The notes below the pieces were generated by a model, which had not been told where the DNA came from, searched no databases, and saw only the letters and a program-made list of their open reading frames with translations. Shown here piece after piece: positions 15,577-24,466 of a stretch of DNA of 30,568 nt (positions are counted from its first letter, which is position 1; the number at the start of each line of letters is the position of its first letter). Source of the DNA: a virus. Taxonomy: Duplodnaviria; Caudoviricetes. The stretch covers positions 1 through 30,568 of IMG/VR virus record IMGVR_UViG_3300011336_000236. One strand, 5' to 3'. The position numbers and the translations under genes were made by a program.

Positions 15577-15755
15577 AAATCAAAGACGAACTACAAGCCA
15601 TCTATGAAGATCAAGCAGAGGTTTACTATTGTTGCTACTGCTTAGAGCCACAAGGCGAGAAGATCACTTGTTGCTATGAAAACCACTTTGTAGAGTTCAA
15701 ATACTTGTTTCCAAATGATCAAAAACAAATAGCACAGGAGATTCTCAATGGATGA
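15573..15755 (+). CDS. Small Cys-rich hypothetical protein
   Basis: YCCYC...CC..H motif. Coupled start. Confidence 0.7.
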   Translation: MKIKDELQAIYEDQAEVYYCCYCLEPQGEKITCCYENHFVEFKYLFPNDQKQIAQEILNG

Positions 15756-15939
15756 TTTCAACCCAACAACCCGTATGTTTTCTCGCACACTAGAGGAAGC
15801 CTACCCCAAGGAATATGTTAACGAGGGCATATTTGAAGGGCCTTATTACAGCGCACCGCACATCAATGATGTGTGGGTTTTATTTGGACTTATTACTGTT
15901 ATCAGCATGGTTTCAGTTGCTATTTGGAGATACTTTTGA
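15748..15939 (+). CDS. Small membrane protein
   Basis: AGGAG RBS, 'PTTRMFSRTLEEAYP' and a C-terminal hydrophobic helix. Confidence 0.7.
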   Translation: MDDFNPTTRMFSRTLEEAYPKEYVNEGIFEGPYYSAPHINDVWVLFGLITVISMVSVAIWRYF

Positions 15940-16124
15940 ACGACTACTCAACCATCCTAATGAGGATAGAACAATCGGTGAAAACCCTAGATAAAATGTG
16001 TTTGAATAAGCAATATACTGGGTTCTATTCAGAGATAAACAAAATCATTTCAGACTTGATTGGGTTAAGTCACTGGATAGGTCAAGAGCAAGTTAAACAG
16101 AGTCAACAATCAAACAGGAGTTAA
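15936..16124 (+). CDS. Hypothetical protein
   Basis: Likely TTG start at 15936 (GGAG RBS) overlapping the upstream stop. Confidence 0.6.
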   Translation: MNDYSTILMRIEQSVKTLDKMCLNKQYTGFYSEINKIISDLIGLSHWIGQEQVKQSQQSNRS

Positions 16125-16756
16125 TGATGAAAGATAAAGTTAATATGGAAGATTTGGCGCAAGACCCACAAAGCGTAGGCTATTTGGTTGATCGCAAAGA
16201 CTTAATAGAAAGATTGCTCAAAACTAACGTAAATGAGCATACAGAGAAGAAGAATAACCTAACCTACTTATCATGGGCTTGGGCATGGGCAGAGGCTCTC
16301 AAAGCCGATTCAAGTGCCACATTCAAAGTAGAGATGTTTGGCGATAAGTGTTTCATGGACATCAACGGCACAGCAATGGTGTTCGTAACTGTCACATTGT
16401 TTGGCAAACCAATGACATGCCAACTTCCCGTGATGGACTATCGCAATAAAGCAATCCCTAATCCAGACGCATTTGCAGTCAATACAGCCATCATGCGTTG
16501 TATGACCAAGGCACTCAGTCTGCATGGTTTGGGCTTGTATATCTATGCAGGTGAAGATTTACCTGAAGGTGAAAGCGATGAAGGAACTCCTGACGAGGGG
16601 CAGATGTTGGACTACATTGCGGCTATCCAAGCCACCACCACAGTTGATGAACTAAAGAACATTTACATCGAGGCATTTGCGGCTACTGATGGAAATAAGG
16701 CATGGCAGACCAAGATGATTGCCGCCAAGGACGCTAAGAAGAAGGAGTTGAAATGA
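16124..16756 (+). CDS. Sak3/DUF1071-type single-strand annealing protein
   Basis: 'LTYLSWAWAW', 'LPVMDYRNKAI', 'NTAIMRCMTKALSLHGLGLYIYAGEDLP'. Confidence 0.9.
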   Translation: MMKDKVNMEDLAQDPQSVGYLVDRKDLIERLLKTNVNEHTEKKNNLTYLSWAWAWAEALKADSSATFKVEMFGDKCFMDINGTAMVFVTVTLFGKPMTCQLPVMDYRNKAIPNPDAFAVNTAIMRCMTKALSLHGLGLYIYAGEDLPEGESDEGTPDEGQMLDYIAAIQATTTVDELKNIYIEAFAATDGNKAWQTKMIAAKDAKKKELK

Positions 16757-16941
16757 GTTCAGTTCATGCAGTTACAGAAGAGATAATTTTTAAGGCTCGT
16801 ATTGCTTCTTTCTATGACTTTTCAGAAATCGGACGATCTAATTTAGTTAAAGACTTCGGAACTTGGATGAAACAAAAGGGCTTGGAACATGAATTTCTTG
16901 TTTGGCGAGTTGAGTTAATAAAAGAAGGAGACAGGAAATGA
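16753..16941 (+). CDS. Hypothetical protein
   Basis: ATGA coupling at both ends with AAGGAG RBS. Confidence 0.7.
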   Translation: MSSVHAVTEEIIFKARIASFYDFSEIGRSNLVKDFGTWMKQKGLEHEFLVWRVELIKEGDRK

Positions 16942-17561
16942 GTGAAGAAATAATCCAAGGTTCAGAGGCTTGGTTCGCACAACGCTGTGGCAAGGCTACT
17001 GCATCACGCATAGCAGACATCGTTGCTAAAACAAAGTCAGGTTATTCAACGAGTCGTGCTAACTACATGGCTCAGTTGGTAGTCGAGCGCATGACCAACC
17101 AAGTCGCTGAGTCGTACACAAATGCGGCAATGGAATGGGGGACAACCAACGAACCATTTGCTAGAGCCGCATACGAGGCTAAAACAGGCGTTTTGGTAGA
17201 CGAGGTAGGTGCTATTGACCATCCAACAATTGCCATGTCTGCCGCCTCTCCTGACGGGCTTGTAGGCGATGATGGATGCTTAGAGATCAAGTGTCCGATA
17301 ACTGCCACCCATATCAGCACCTTACTAGGCGAGGAAGTGGCAAAGAAATACTATGACCAGATGCAATGGCAGATGGCTTGCACAGGGCGTAGTTGGTGCG
17401 ATTTCGTGAGTTACGACCCACGGATGCCAGAGGGACTTCAGTTGTTTGTCAAAAGGATACCCAGAGATGACAAGTATCTTGCCGAACTCGAAGGAGAGGT
17501 TATTCAGTTCCTCAAGGAAGTGGATGACAAAGTTAATAAGTTAAATGATTTGAAAGGTTAA
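16938..17561 (+). CDS. YqaJ / lambda-exonuclease-family nuclease
   Basis: 'QGSEAWFAQRCGKATAS', 'WG...E', 'ASPDGL', 'LEIKCP', 'QMQWQM', 'DFVSYDPR'. Confidence 0.93.
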   Translation: MSEEIIQGSEAWFAQRCGKATASRIADIVAKTKSGYSTSRANYMAQLVVERMTNQVAESYTNAAMEWGTTNEPFARAAYEAKTGVLVDEVGAIDHPTIAMSAASPDGLVGDDGCLEIKCPITATHISTLLGEEVAKKYYDQMQWQMACTGRSWCDFVSYDPRMPEGLQLFVKRIPRDDKYLAELEGEVIQFLKEVDDKVNKLNDLKG

Positions 17562-17562
17562 T

Positions 17563-17799
17563 ATGGAGAAGAAAGATAACTCAGGTGTCTTGTTTAAGAA
17601 CGACAAGAAAGAAACAGAGAAGCATCCTGATTACAAAGGAAATATCATGGTAGATGGTCAGGAATACTGGCTATCTGCTTGGATAAAAGAAGGTAAAACA
17701 GGCAAATTCATGGGTTTGGCGGTATCTCCACGGGATGCACAACCACCAGCAAGCAAGCCTATGCCTAAGAATCTTGACGATTCTGACATTCCCTTCTAA
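17563..17799 (+). CDS. Small SSB-like protein
   Basis: 'HPDYKG...YWLSAW' core and an acidic SSB-type tail 'DDSDIPF'. Follows the SSAP and exonuclease genes. Confidence 0.75.
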   Translation: MEKKDNSGVLFKNDKKETEKHPDYKGNIMVDGQEYWLSAWIKEGKTGKFMGLAVSPRDAQPPASKPMPKNLDDSDIPF

Positions 17800-17811
17800 A
17801 GTGTGAATATC

Positions 17812-17876
17812 GGAGGGAAAGCGGATGTTGGCACAACAGGTTTGGACTCCCAAATGCCAATGGAGCGAGTACCTCC
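17812..17876 (+). ncRNA. Candidate structured cis-RNA element with loop E-like motif
   Basis: GGAGG/CCTCC stem, internal loop GAAA/GAGUA, then GC/GC, TTGGCA/TGCCAA and TTTGG/CCAAA helices. Confidence 0.45.
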
Positions 17877-17900
17877 ACCCAATTTTTAACAGGAGTAAAT

Positions 17901-18239
17901 ATGAGTTTATTAGACAAAACATGGTTTGGCGGTGAGGTAGAAAAGTTCTTTGGCTCACCAGCATTTAAGTTGGCAAGGAAAGACTCGCCACCAACGAGTA
18001 AACAAGCGGCACAAGGGGTCAACACAACCACCCTAGAGCAACTTGTATACGAAACTATTGGATCATTCCCTGATGGCTGTACCCAAGATGAGGTATTGGC
18101 TAAGTTGCCAGGTAAGCCCTACTCTAGCGTCACAGCACGATTCAAAGGATTGCTAGAAAAGGGGTATATTGAGGATACGGGTCTGACAAGGGCAGGAATG
18201 TCAGGCAAACAACAACGTATCTTAAAGGTCAAAGTATGA
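17901..18239 (+). CDS. Winged-helix DNA-binding protein
   Basis: 'AR..SP.TS..AA', 'GCTQDEV', 'SSVTARFKGLLEKGYIEDTG..R..SGKQQRI' wHTH pattern. AGGAG RBS. Confidence 0.75.
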   Translation: MSLLDKTWFGGEVEKFFGSPAFKLARKDSPPTSKQAAQGVNTTTLEQLVYETIGSFPDGCTQDEVLAKLPGKPYSSVTARFKGLLEKGYIEDTGLTRAGMSGKQQRILKVKV

Positions 18240-18346
18240 GTGAAGTCTTAATTTTCATAGCAGGCATGATTGCACCAGCCTTTGTAAGTGCAGTTTTAAC
18301 CCTGTTTAAGTGCTTTGAGGATGTAATCAGGAGCAAGGTGAAGTGA
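18236..18346 (+). CDS. Small membrane peptide (36 aa)
   Basis: ATGA-coupled. MSEVLIFIAGMIAPAFVSAVLTLFKCFEDVIRSKVK. Confidence 0.5.
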   Translation: MSEVLIFIAGMIAPAFVSAVLTLFKCFEDVIRSKVK

Positions 18347-18444
18347 TAGAGACAATTCTAACTATCTTTGTCTTGCTGTTTCTTGGAGCAGTTGTAGGCG
18401 TAGGAATACTATTCGCTATCCTTTGGTTTAGCCAAGAGAAGTGA
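18343..18444 (+). CDS. Small membrane peptide (33 aa)
   Basis: GTGA-coupled. MIETILTIFVLLFLGAVVGVGILFAILWFSQEK. Ends flush with the endolysin stop. Confidence 0.5.
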   Translation: MIETILTIFVLLFLGAVVGVGILFAILWFSQEK

Positions 18445-19041
18445 TTAGGCTAGAACCGCTAGAGCGTGTTGAACGTGCTTTATGCGGTCATCTAGCCCGA
18501 TAGTGCCACCATTTATGATCTTGGTCACTTTAGTGTAGTCAAGGGCATCCGCTGGAGCATTACAGTTGTGGGTAGACCAAAACCATCCACCAGTAAGGGC
18601 GGCATATTTAGGAGTAGAAACAAGATCAGGCTCCATAACGAAATCGACACCCAATGCTTTGCCAGCATGAAAATAATTCGAGTGACCAGTAAGTTGAATA
18701 CAACCACGACCCCTAAACCTATAGCCATCACCAGAAGTTTCGTCACGATTGCCCATGCGTAGGCTATAGACAGAATTTGCAATTTTTTTAGCGTTGCCAG
18801 AATACTCATTGGCTTTCTCCAAGGTAGGAAACCTTTTAGGCCACAACCTCATAAGCGTTGCCGCCTTGTAGTTTAGGTTTTCCTCAAGGATACGGAAATT
18901 ACCGCACTCATGGCTACATTGACCGATAAACATAGCCTTTTGATTCTTTGTAGCAATGTTAAAGCGTGAGAATGTCTCATTTAGAGCATCCACCCACTCC
19001 GCACCAATATGGAGTTGTTTTAGTTGTTCAGCGTTTACCAT
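18445..19041 (-). CDS. Endolysin, glycoside hydrolase family 19 (chitinase-like)
   Basis: 'FIGQCSHECG', 'ENLNY', 'GDGYRFRGRGCIQLTG..NY', 'TKIINGG..GL.DR'. Confidence 0.93.
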   Translation of the reverse strand: MVNAEQLKQLHIGAEWVDALNETFSRFNIATKNQKAMFIGQCSHECGNFRILEENLNYKAATLMRLWPKRFPTLEKANEYSGNAKKIANSVYSLRMGNRDETSGDGYRFRGRGCIQLTGHSNYFHAGKALGVDFVMEPDLVSTPKYAALTGGWFWSTHNCNAPADALDYTKVTKIINGGTIGLDDRIKHVQHALAVLA

Positions 19042-19492
19042 TTACAGTCTCCATCACTTTGTTGTAACTGTCGATACAGGCGTTGAGTTGGTTGATGGCT
19101 TTGTCTCCGTCTGCGGCGATTTGAGCAATAAGTCGGAGAGTCTCTGTGTCAGATTCGCTTCCCGTTTGACCGCTATTTCCGCTGGCAACGGGGGTATTTG
19201 GACTGGTTTGTGGGCAACTTGGGGTCGGGAGGCGCACCCTACCAGCACGGATAGCACGATCAAGACTAGACTGTTTTTCAGTAATGGCATTATTGGCCTC
19301 CATCAATTTGGTTGAGTTTTCATTAAGTTGTTTGGTGAGTTCTTGCTCTTTTACACGGGCTTCCTCGTTCTTGACAGCAATCTCTGCTTGCATCTCAATA
19401 TCACGATCATCCCATCCTCTATGGTGTCCATAACCATAAAAGCCTGCTAAAGCCAATAGAACGCCTAAGATTACCCAAGGGTTTGGAATCAT
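19028..19492 (-). CDS. Rz: Rz-like inner-membrane spanin
   Basis: N-terminal TM helix, coiled coil, C-terminal 'D.AI.QLNACI..Y'. Adjacent to the endolysin and contains a nested lipoprotein gene. Confidence 0.8.
   Translation of the reverse strand: MIPNPWVILGVLLALAGFYGYGHHRGWDDRDIEMQAEIAVKNEEARVKEQELTKQLNENSTKLMEANNAITEKQSSLDRAIRAGRVRLPTPSCPQTSPNTPVASGNSGQTGSESDTETLRLIAQIAADGDKAINQLNACIDSYNKVMETVNGKR
19054..19290 (-). CDS. Rz1: Rz1-like outer-membrane lipoprotein spanin (nested)
   Basis: Lipobox 'LIVLSVLVGC', Pro-rich mature region, fully embedded in Rz in another frame. Confidence 0.75.
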   Translation of the reverse strand: MPLLKNSLVLIVLSVLVGCASRPQVAHKPVQIPPLPAEIAVKREANLTQRLSDLLLKSPQTETKPSTNSTPVSTVTTK

Positions 19493-19983
19493 TGATCAGC
19501 CCTCGCTAATGCCCTCTCATTGGCTATTTTCTCCTTCTCAGGATCAATATAGTCAGGTGGGGTGGTAGGTGGTGGTGGCGCTCTCCATTCCTCATCCAAA
19601 GGAGGATTCACCCATGCTGGCATAGCACCAGATGACACCCAAGTAGAGGTAGATGGTGGTGGGGGCGTTGTAGGGGTGCTAGGAGGCGTTACAGGGGGTG
19701 TTGTAGGCGTTGATATCTTCTCAGACAAGGCTTGCACACCCTTACGAGACATCACGCCACCAATGCCACCAACAATGAGCAAAACAATGTCGTTGAGCAT
19801 TTTGGCAAAGGCTTGATCAATAGGAGCCATTGACTTAATTGGTTGCACAACAAAAGCAAGGCTGTACAACATGAAGATAACTATTCCTGCAAGGATTACA
19901 GTAACTATCATTACAACCCCTGCCCAAACATAAGTTTCAACAAGTTGAATTTGGTCGTGGACAGGGTGATTTTCTAGTTTCAT
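19489..19983 (-). CDS. Two-TM membrane protein with Pro/Thr-rich tail (holin candidate)
   Basis: Two hydrophobic segments. Lies upstream of the spanins and endolysin. Confidence 0.6.
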   Translation of the reverse strand: MKLENHPVHDQIQLVETYVWAGVVMIVTVILAGIVIFMLYSLAFVVQPIKSMAPIDQAFAKMLNDIVLLIVGGIGGVMSRKGVQALSEKISTPTTPPVTPPSTPTTPPPPSTSTWVSSGAMPAWVNPPLDEEWRAPPPPTTPPDYIDPEKEKIANERALARADQ

Positions 19984-19985
19984 CT

Positions 19986-20192
19986 TTACTTCCCATCAGA
20001 TGCAGGTTGAGCAGGTGGTTGAAGGACTTGTTTTTCCAATATAGGTGCTACGAGGTAATCGGGACAGTCTTGGGTGAATTGGCAATCAGGTCTTTGACAC
20101 TTCTTTAGTGCAAAGTTCTTGGGATTCTGGCACTCATAGCGATAATGGTCGCTACAACCAACTAAAAGCATCAGCACCAATAAATACTTCAT
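19986..20192 (-). CDS. Small Cys-rich lipoprotein
   Basis: Lipobox 'LLVGC' plus four further Cys. Confidence 0.75.
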   Translation of the reverse strand: MKYLLVLMLLVGCSDHYRYECQNPKNFALKKCQRPDCQFTQDCPDYLVAPILEKQVLQPPAQPASDGK

Positions 20193-20365
20193 TTGGTTTC
20201 TTTCAGTTCTTGTTTCAATTTACGCAATTCTTTCATTTCACGCTTTAGTTGTGCTTTCATGTAAAGAGTCTCCACATAGGCCATTGAGGTTGCGCCAACA
20301 ACAACACAGAGCATCACTCCAATTAGAACCCACCAGATAAGTTTTGCAGTTGCCACATCAGCCAC
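20189..20365 (-). CDS. Small membrane protein with basic coiled-coil tail
   Basis: Not in the ORF track. GTG start (20365 or 20356): ..ATAKLIWWVLIGVMLCVVVGATSMAYVETLYMKAQLKREMKELRKLKQELKETK. ATGA overlap downstream. Confidence 0.6.
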   Translation of the reverse strand: MADVATAKLIWWVLIGVMLCVVVGATSMAYVETLYMKAQLKREMKELRKLKQELKETK

Positions 20366-21045
20366 CCAAAGATCAATGAAATAAACCCAACAGCAACCAA
20401 ACTACTTATCCTCTCAATCTGGCGAATTTCCTCTTGTTCTTGTCTCCATCTAGCAATTCGAGCCTTCCTGATCATCTCCGACCTCGCCCACTCTTGCTCT
20501 TGCTCAATTTTTGCATACATCTTCAAGAATCTGCTATACAAGTCCTTCAACTCAGAGGGCGCATACACCATCGCCTCCCTCACTTGTTCCATCAGTTTCT
20601 CAAGTTGCAACTCAATTAGAGTCCTCTCAATCGCTTTCTTGCTACTATTTTGGTCAGGATCATAGACATTCTTTGATTCTTCCTCTAATGACCGATAGTA
20701 ATTGTTGATTTGCTGTTGTGTATCGAATAAAAGACCAAGTTTCTCACCAATGTCCTTAATGAGTAAGAGTTCCATCTCCTCATAAGACTGTTGCTTCTTG
20801 GAAGCGGTTTTCGCTTTCGCCAGAGGCTTGGGGGCTTCTTCTGTTGGTTTGGACTTGGGCTTTCCACTAAGTAGGCCAATGAGCCACTGCCAAATGCCCT
20901 TGATGGCCTTGACATCTGCAAGTACGCCTTCAACTGTTTTCTTAGCACCTTCGAGTTCCATTCGCCCCTCATGGAGCATTGCACAGCCTTGCTTAATAAA
21001 GCCAACTGCACCTTGCGCCAACATGAGGAGAGAAAAAGGATCAAT
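20323..21045 (-). CDS. Coiled-coil protein with C-terminal TM helix; probable ATT start
   Basis: AGGAG lies 6 nt before an in-frame ATT at 21045, giving (M)DPFSLLMLAQGAV... Confidence 0.7.
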   Translation of the reverse strand: MDPFSLLMLAQGAVGFIKQGCAMLHEGRMELEGAKKTVEGVLADVKAIKGIWQWLIGLLSGKPKSKPTEEAPKPLAKAKTASKKQQSYEEMELLLIKDIGEKLGLLFDTQQQINNYYRSLEEESKNVYDPDQNSSKKAIERTLIELQLEKLMEQVREAMVYAPSELKDLYSRFLKMYAKIEQEQEWARSEMIRKARIARWRQEQEEIRQIERISSLVAVGFISLIFGWLMWQLQNLSGGF

Positions 21046-21054
21046 GGTTTACTC

Positions 21055-23124
21055 CTATTGAGGCTGAAGTTGTGGGTTTATCCCAGAAAAAGGACTTCTG
21101 TTTGGAGCAACATTCTCTGCCCCCATTGTTTGAACAGCCATCGGCATAATTTCTTCAGGAATTACATATTCTTCTGGCTTCATGCTAGGTTGTTGTTGTG
21201 GTTGACCGCCCAATTCAGGTGGAATTACCCACTCAGGAGTAGCCACAACGCCTTCTGGCAATTGATTTGACATCAACCCACCTGTTAACAATGGTCTAAA
21301 GTCATCCAATGTCTTGCCTGACAACATAATGGCTCTTCCTGCCTCTGTGTCAAAAGCAGAGCGAGAAACCATTTCCATCAACCTATTGGCAGGAACAGAG
21401 GCGATTGCCGCACCAGTAGGGCCACCAACGATAGAAGCCGCCGCCATCCTTGCCGCTTGAGAAGATGCCTCATCTAAACCACCATATGCGCCACCCTGAC
21501 GAGTCATTGATTGAGACAAGAAACTATATTTGTTTAACAATGTATCTAAATTTTCAGAAACGAATGGTTGGAGGTTTTGCTTTCTAGACTGTAAAAAAGT
21601 AGAAAACTTGATTGGGTCAAAGTTACCTGCGGCATCAGTTGCTTGAGTACGGGCGGTATTGAAAGTAGCCGCCGCTACATCAGCCTTAACATCATCAGGC
21701 AACACCTTGGCAACCATCATTGCGGCACGTTTAGCACCTTCTTGACCAGTGGCTTCTGCGGAAACAATCTTTCCAACAAGTTTAGAAATATCTGTTTTTA
21801 ATTCACCAGAATTAGGGTCTTTTATCATTGATACTGCCAAGTCAGCATCACGCAATGGAATTACATTTCCTTTCCAAAATGCTCTAGCGTTTTCCCAAGC
21901 ATCTGAAACTGTTTTATTTTGAGCAACAGACTGTCCCCATTTATCAATGTCTCTGTCCATAGCATCAATAATTTCATTGAGCCTAATTGCCTCTTGATTG
22001 CCTAACTTTCCTTGTCCTTTGGCGGCTTGTAAAGCGTCTACAAGACCCTCTCTTGCCTTGCGAATATCGGAGAAAGTGAACTCTGCTGGCCCTTTAATCT
22101 CAGGAATAATTGGAGCACCAGACTCAGAAAGTATCAATCCCGCAGGTTGTTTGACTTCTTCTTTTCCAAGTTTTCCACCAAAAGAAGTTAATTTTGCTTC
22201 TAATGCAGGTCTTTCTAGTGTTTTAAATAAATCACCATACTGTGAAAGAACATCGCTGACAGCCATTTCAGTCTCAGACGGAACAATCTTTGTTAAATTG
22301 TTTTGAGTGGCAAGAGTGTCTAACTTTGTATATAACTTATTTCCTTCTCTTGTGGCATCTGTATAGTTAGTTTGAACAGCCTTAGCAACATTTTCACCAG
22401 CCTTACCTGAATAAACTTTTCCACCAGTTATTTTTGTTTCAATTGTTCCACCAGCGGTTTTCAACTGGTTTATGTTGTCTTTTAGCATACCTACAACACC
22501 GCCACCACGGGCTTTACTAATGGCTTCAGCCGCACGAGTTGATTCGCTACCAGTAAAGTCGCCTAGTAATTTTGGACTTATTCCCAATGAGGCAGAAGCA
22601 TCTTTAACCGCTTTAATGTTCTCTTTGAAGTCGTAATGAGTTAGTTTTTCAATTGGTCTTCCCACCAACCCTAAAACAGCAGTTGCTCCGCCAGCGGTTG
22701 CGCCAGCCTGAGTTGCTTTTTGTCCTCTATCTTCTGTTGGTAATACGGGTTTTGTAAAGTACTCCCAAGCACCACCAAATAAGCCTTGTTTTGTTATTTG
22801 TGCTAACTTTCCACCAGTACCAAACCAACCCATAGCGGATGCAGGTGCGGCAATTGTCAGTTCGCCAACAATCTCGCCCATTGCGCCCATTACTTTATTA
22901 TCGTAACTAAGACGATCAGGTTGTTGTGCAAGACGAGCATTTAACTTATCAAGAGTTTCTTGACGTGTTAATCCAGTCTTTACGCCTAGTTCCAATACAG
23001 ATTGGACTAAGCCTTCAGCCATTTCTTTTCCCTTATTTACTTGACCTTTTTCAAAGTCACTAAGGTAAGTCTGTTGCATTTTTTCAGCATAAGACTTATT
23101 TTTCCATTCATCAAATAAACCCAT
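21055..23124 (-). CDS. Putative internal virion / DNA ejection protein
   Basis: 689 aa, helical, A/G-rich. Third gene of the post-tail block, as in P22/T7 ejection protein clusters. Confidence 0.65.
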   Translation of the reverse strand: MGLFDEWKNKSYAEKMQQTYLSDFEKGQVNKGKEMAEGLVQSVLELGVKTGLTRQETLDKLNARLAQQPDRLSYDNKVMGAMGEIVGELTIAAPASAMGWFGTGGKLAQITKQGLFGGAWEYFTKPVLPTEDRGQKATQAGATAGGATAVLGLVGRPIEKLTHYDFKENIKAVKDASASLGISPKLLGDFTGSESTRAAEAISKARGGGVVGMLKDNINQLKTAGGTIETKITGGKVYSGKAGENVAKAVQTNYTDATREGNKLYTKLDTLATQNNLTKIVPSETEMAVSDVLSQYGDLFKTLERPALEAKLTSFGGKLGKEEVKQPAGLILSESGAPIIPEIKGPAEFTFSDIRKAREGLVDALQAAKGQGKLGNQEAIRLNEIIDAMDRDIDKWGQSVAQNKTVSDAWENARAFWKGNVIPLRDADLAVSMIKDPNSGELKTDISKLVGKIVSAEATGQEGAKRAAMMVAKVLPDDVKADVAAATFNTARTQATDAAGNFDPIKFSTFLQSRKQNLQPFVSENLDTLLNKYSFLSQSMTRQGGAYGGLDEASSQAARMAAASIVGGPTGAAIASVPANRLMEMVSRSAFDTEAGRAIMLSGKTLDDFRPLLTGGLMSNQLPEGVVATPEWVIPPELGGQPQQQPSMKPEEYVIPEEIMPMAVQTMGAENVAPNRSPFSGINPQLQPQ

Positions 23125-23135
23125 GATGTACCACC

Positions 23136-24455
23136 TTAGTTAAGTAAGCCCTTGGACTTTAAAAATGACTCCGCTTGTTCTTTTGTTGGCTTTCCGCCAT
23201 TAGCACGAATAAAAGCATTTATTTTTTCTTCTCTGCTCAACTCTCCTGATTTTCCTTTTGGTGCAGGTGATGTTGTTGGAGACGCTGGTTGTCCTTTTGA
23301 CTGAAGTGTTTGCTTTTCAGCCAACAATTCTTCTTCTAAACTTTTTTCTGCTTTTTGCAAGCCTCGTATTGCTCCAGCCATTCGCTCTGAACTTAAAAAT
23401 GTTGATGGCGAAGCAATTTGCATTTCCGCCCGTTTTGCGTCATCTCTTGCTTGAACACCTTTAGCGGCATTAAGTACAGAATTAACCCTAGCAGTTAATG
23501 CCCTTTGAATTTCATCTTTATCAATTTGTTTGCCAATTTCTTTTCCACCCCAAATAGGAGGAATAATAGAGCCAGCAATATCGTATGCGTTTGTTGCCAA
23601 GTTATATTTAACTTCCCCGTTCTCAATCTTTGACAAAAACTTGTCTAGTTGAGGAGCACGATTTTCTATTTCTTTTAATTGCTTATCAATACCCGCAATA
23701 TCTTGAATAACACCAGCAGGCAAATTGCCTCTTGTAACTTGCTGAACAGTAGCGGTTCCAACAGTAGGCATAGATGGTTTACCTACTTCCGCAGATGGCG
23801 CACCACCTTCTGATGGTTTAGGTTGTGCAGTTTCTTCTCCACCAAATTGCTTAAATACCAATGGAAATGCTTTAGATGGGTCTGTTGCAGGAATAACAAC
23901 AGTTTGTCCACTTGCTTGATCAAAGAATGATCTTGGTCTTGAAAGCATTTGAGAGGCTATGTTTGCCATAGACAATTCTTCGGCAGATGGTTTTTCATTT
24001 CTACGCAACTTATTTTCAACAAAATTAAGTTGAGCAATATATCTTTCGTCACCAGTTAATTTAGGCAACATTTGTGCTTTGATTGCTTGCGCTTCCCGTA
24101 AATTTACTGCCGCCTCAGATTCAGCACGTTTTTGAGCAACCTCTGCCAAACCATAAGCACCTTGCATATCACCAATTTGAGCAAGTCTTGAAGATGCCTC
24201 TTTTAATGCTTCTGGATCACTAAGATTTACGCCTTTCATAACAGCATTTCGTGCGCTGATTATCTGTAACTGTGGGTCTTCAGCACCCAATGCACCAGCC
24301 AACTGTCTACCACCATAGATAAGGCTAGTACGAGCAGATGTAAACGGGTCTTGTTGAGCCAGTTTAGATGCTTGTGCTAACGCTAACTGATTTTGTTCTG
24401 CTTGGTATGCTTCAGGAGTTATTCCAAACAAACCACCTACTATATCTGTTGCCAT
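23136..24455 (-). CDS. Putative internal virion / ejection protein
   Basis: 439 aa, A/Q-rich helical. Synteny. Confidence 0.65.
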   Translation of the reverse strand: MATDIVGGLFGITPEAYQAEQNQLALAQASKLAQQDPFTSARTSLIYGGRQLAGALGAEDPQLQIISARNAVMKGVNLSDPEALKEASSRLAQIGDMQGAYGLAEVAQKRAESEAAVNLREAQAIKAQMLPKLTGDERYIAQLNFVENKLRRNEKPSAEELSMANIASQMLSRPRSFFDQASGQTVVIPATDPSKAFPLVFKQFGGEETAQPKPSEGGAPSAEVGKPSMPTVGTATVQQVTRGNLPAGVIQDIAGIDKQLKEIENRAPQLDKFLSKIENGEVKYNLATNAYDIAGSIIPPIWGGKEIGKQIDKDEIQRALTARVNSVLNAAKGVQARDDAKRAEMQIASPSTFLSSERMAGAIRGLQKAEKSLEEELLAEKQTLQSKGQPASPTTSPAPKGKSGELSREEKINAFIRANGGKPTKEQAESFLKSKGLLN

Positions 24456-24466
24456 TTGGTTTCTCC

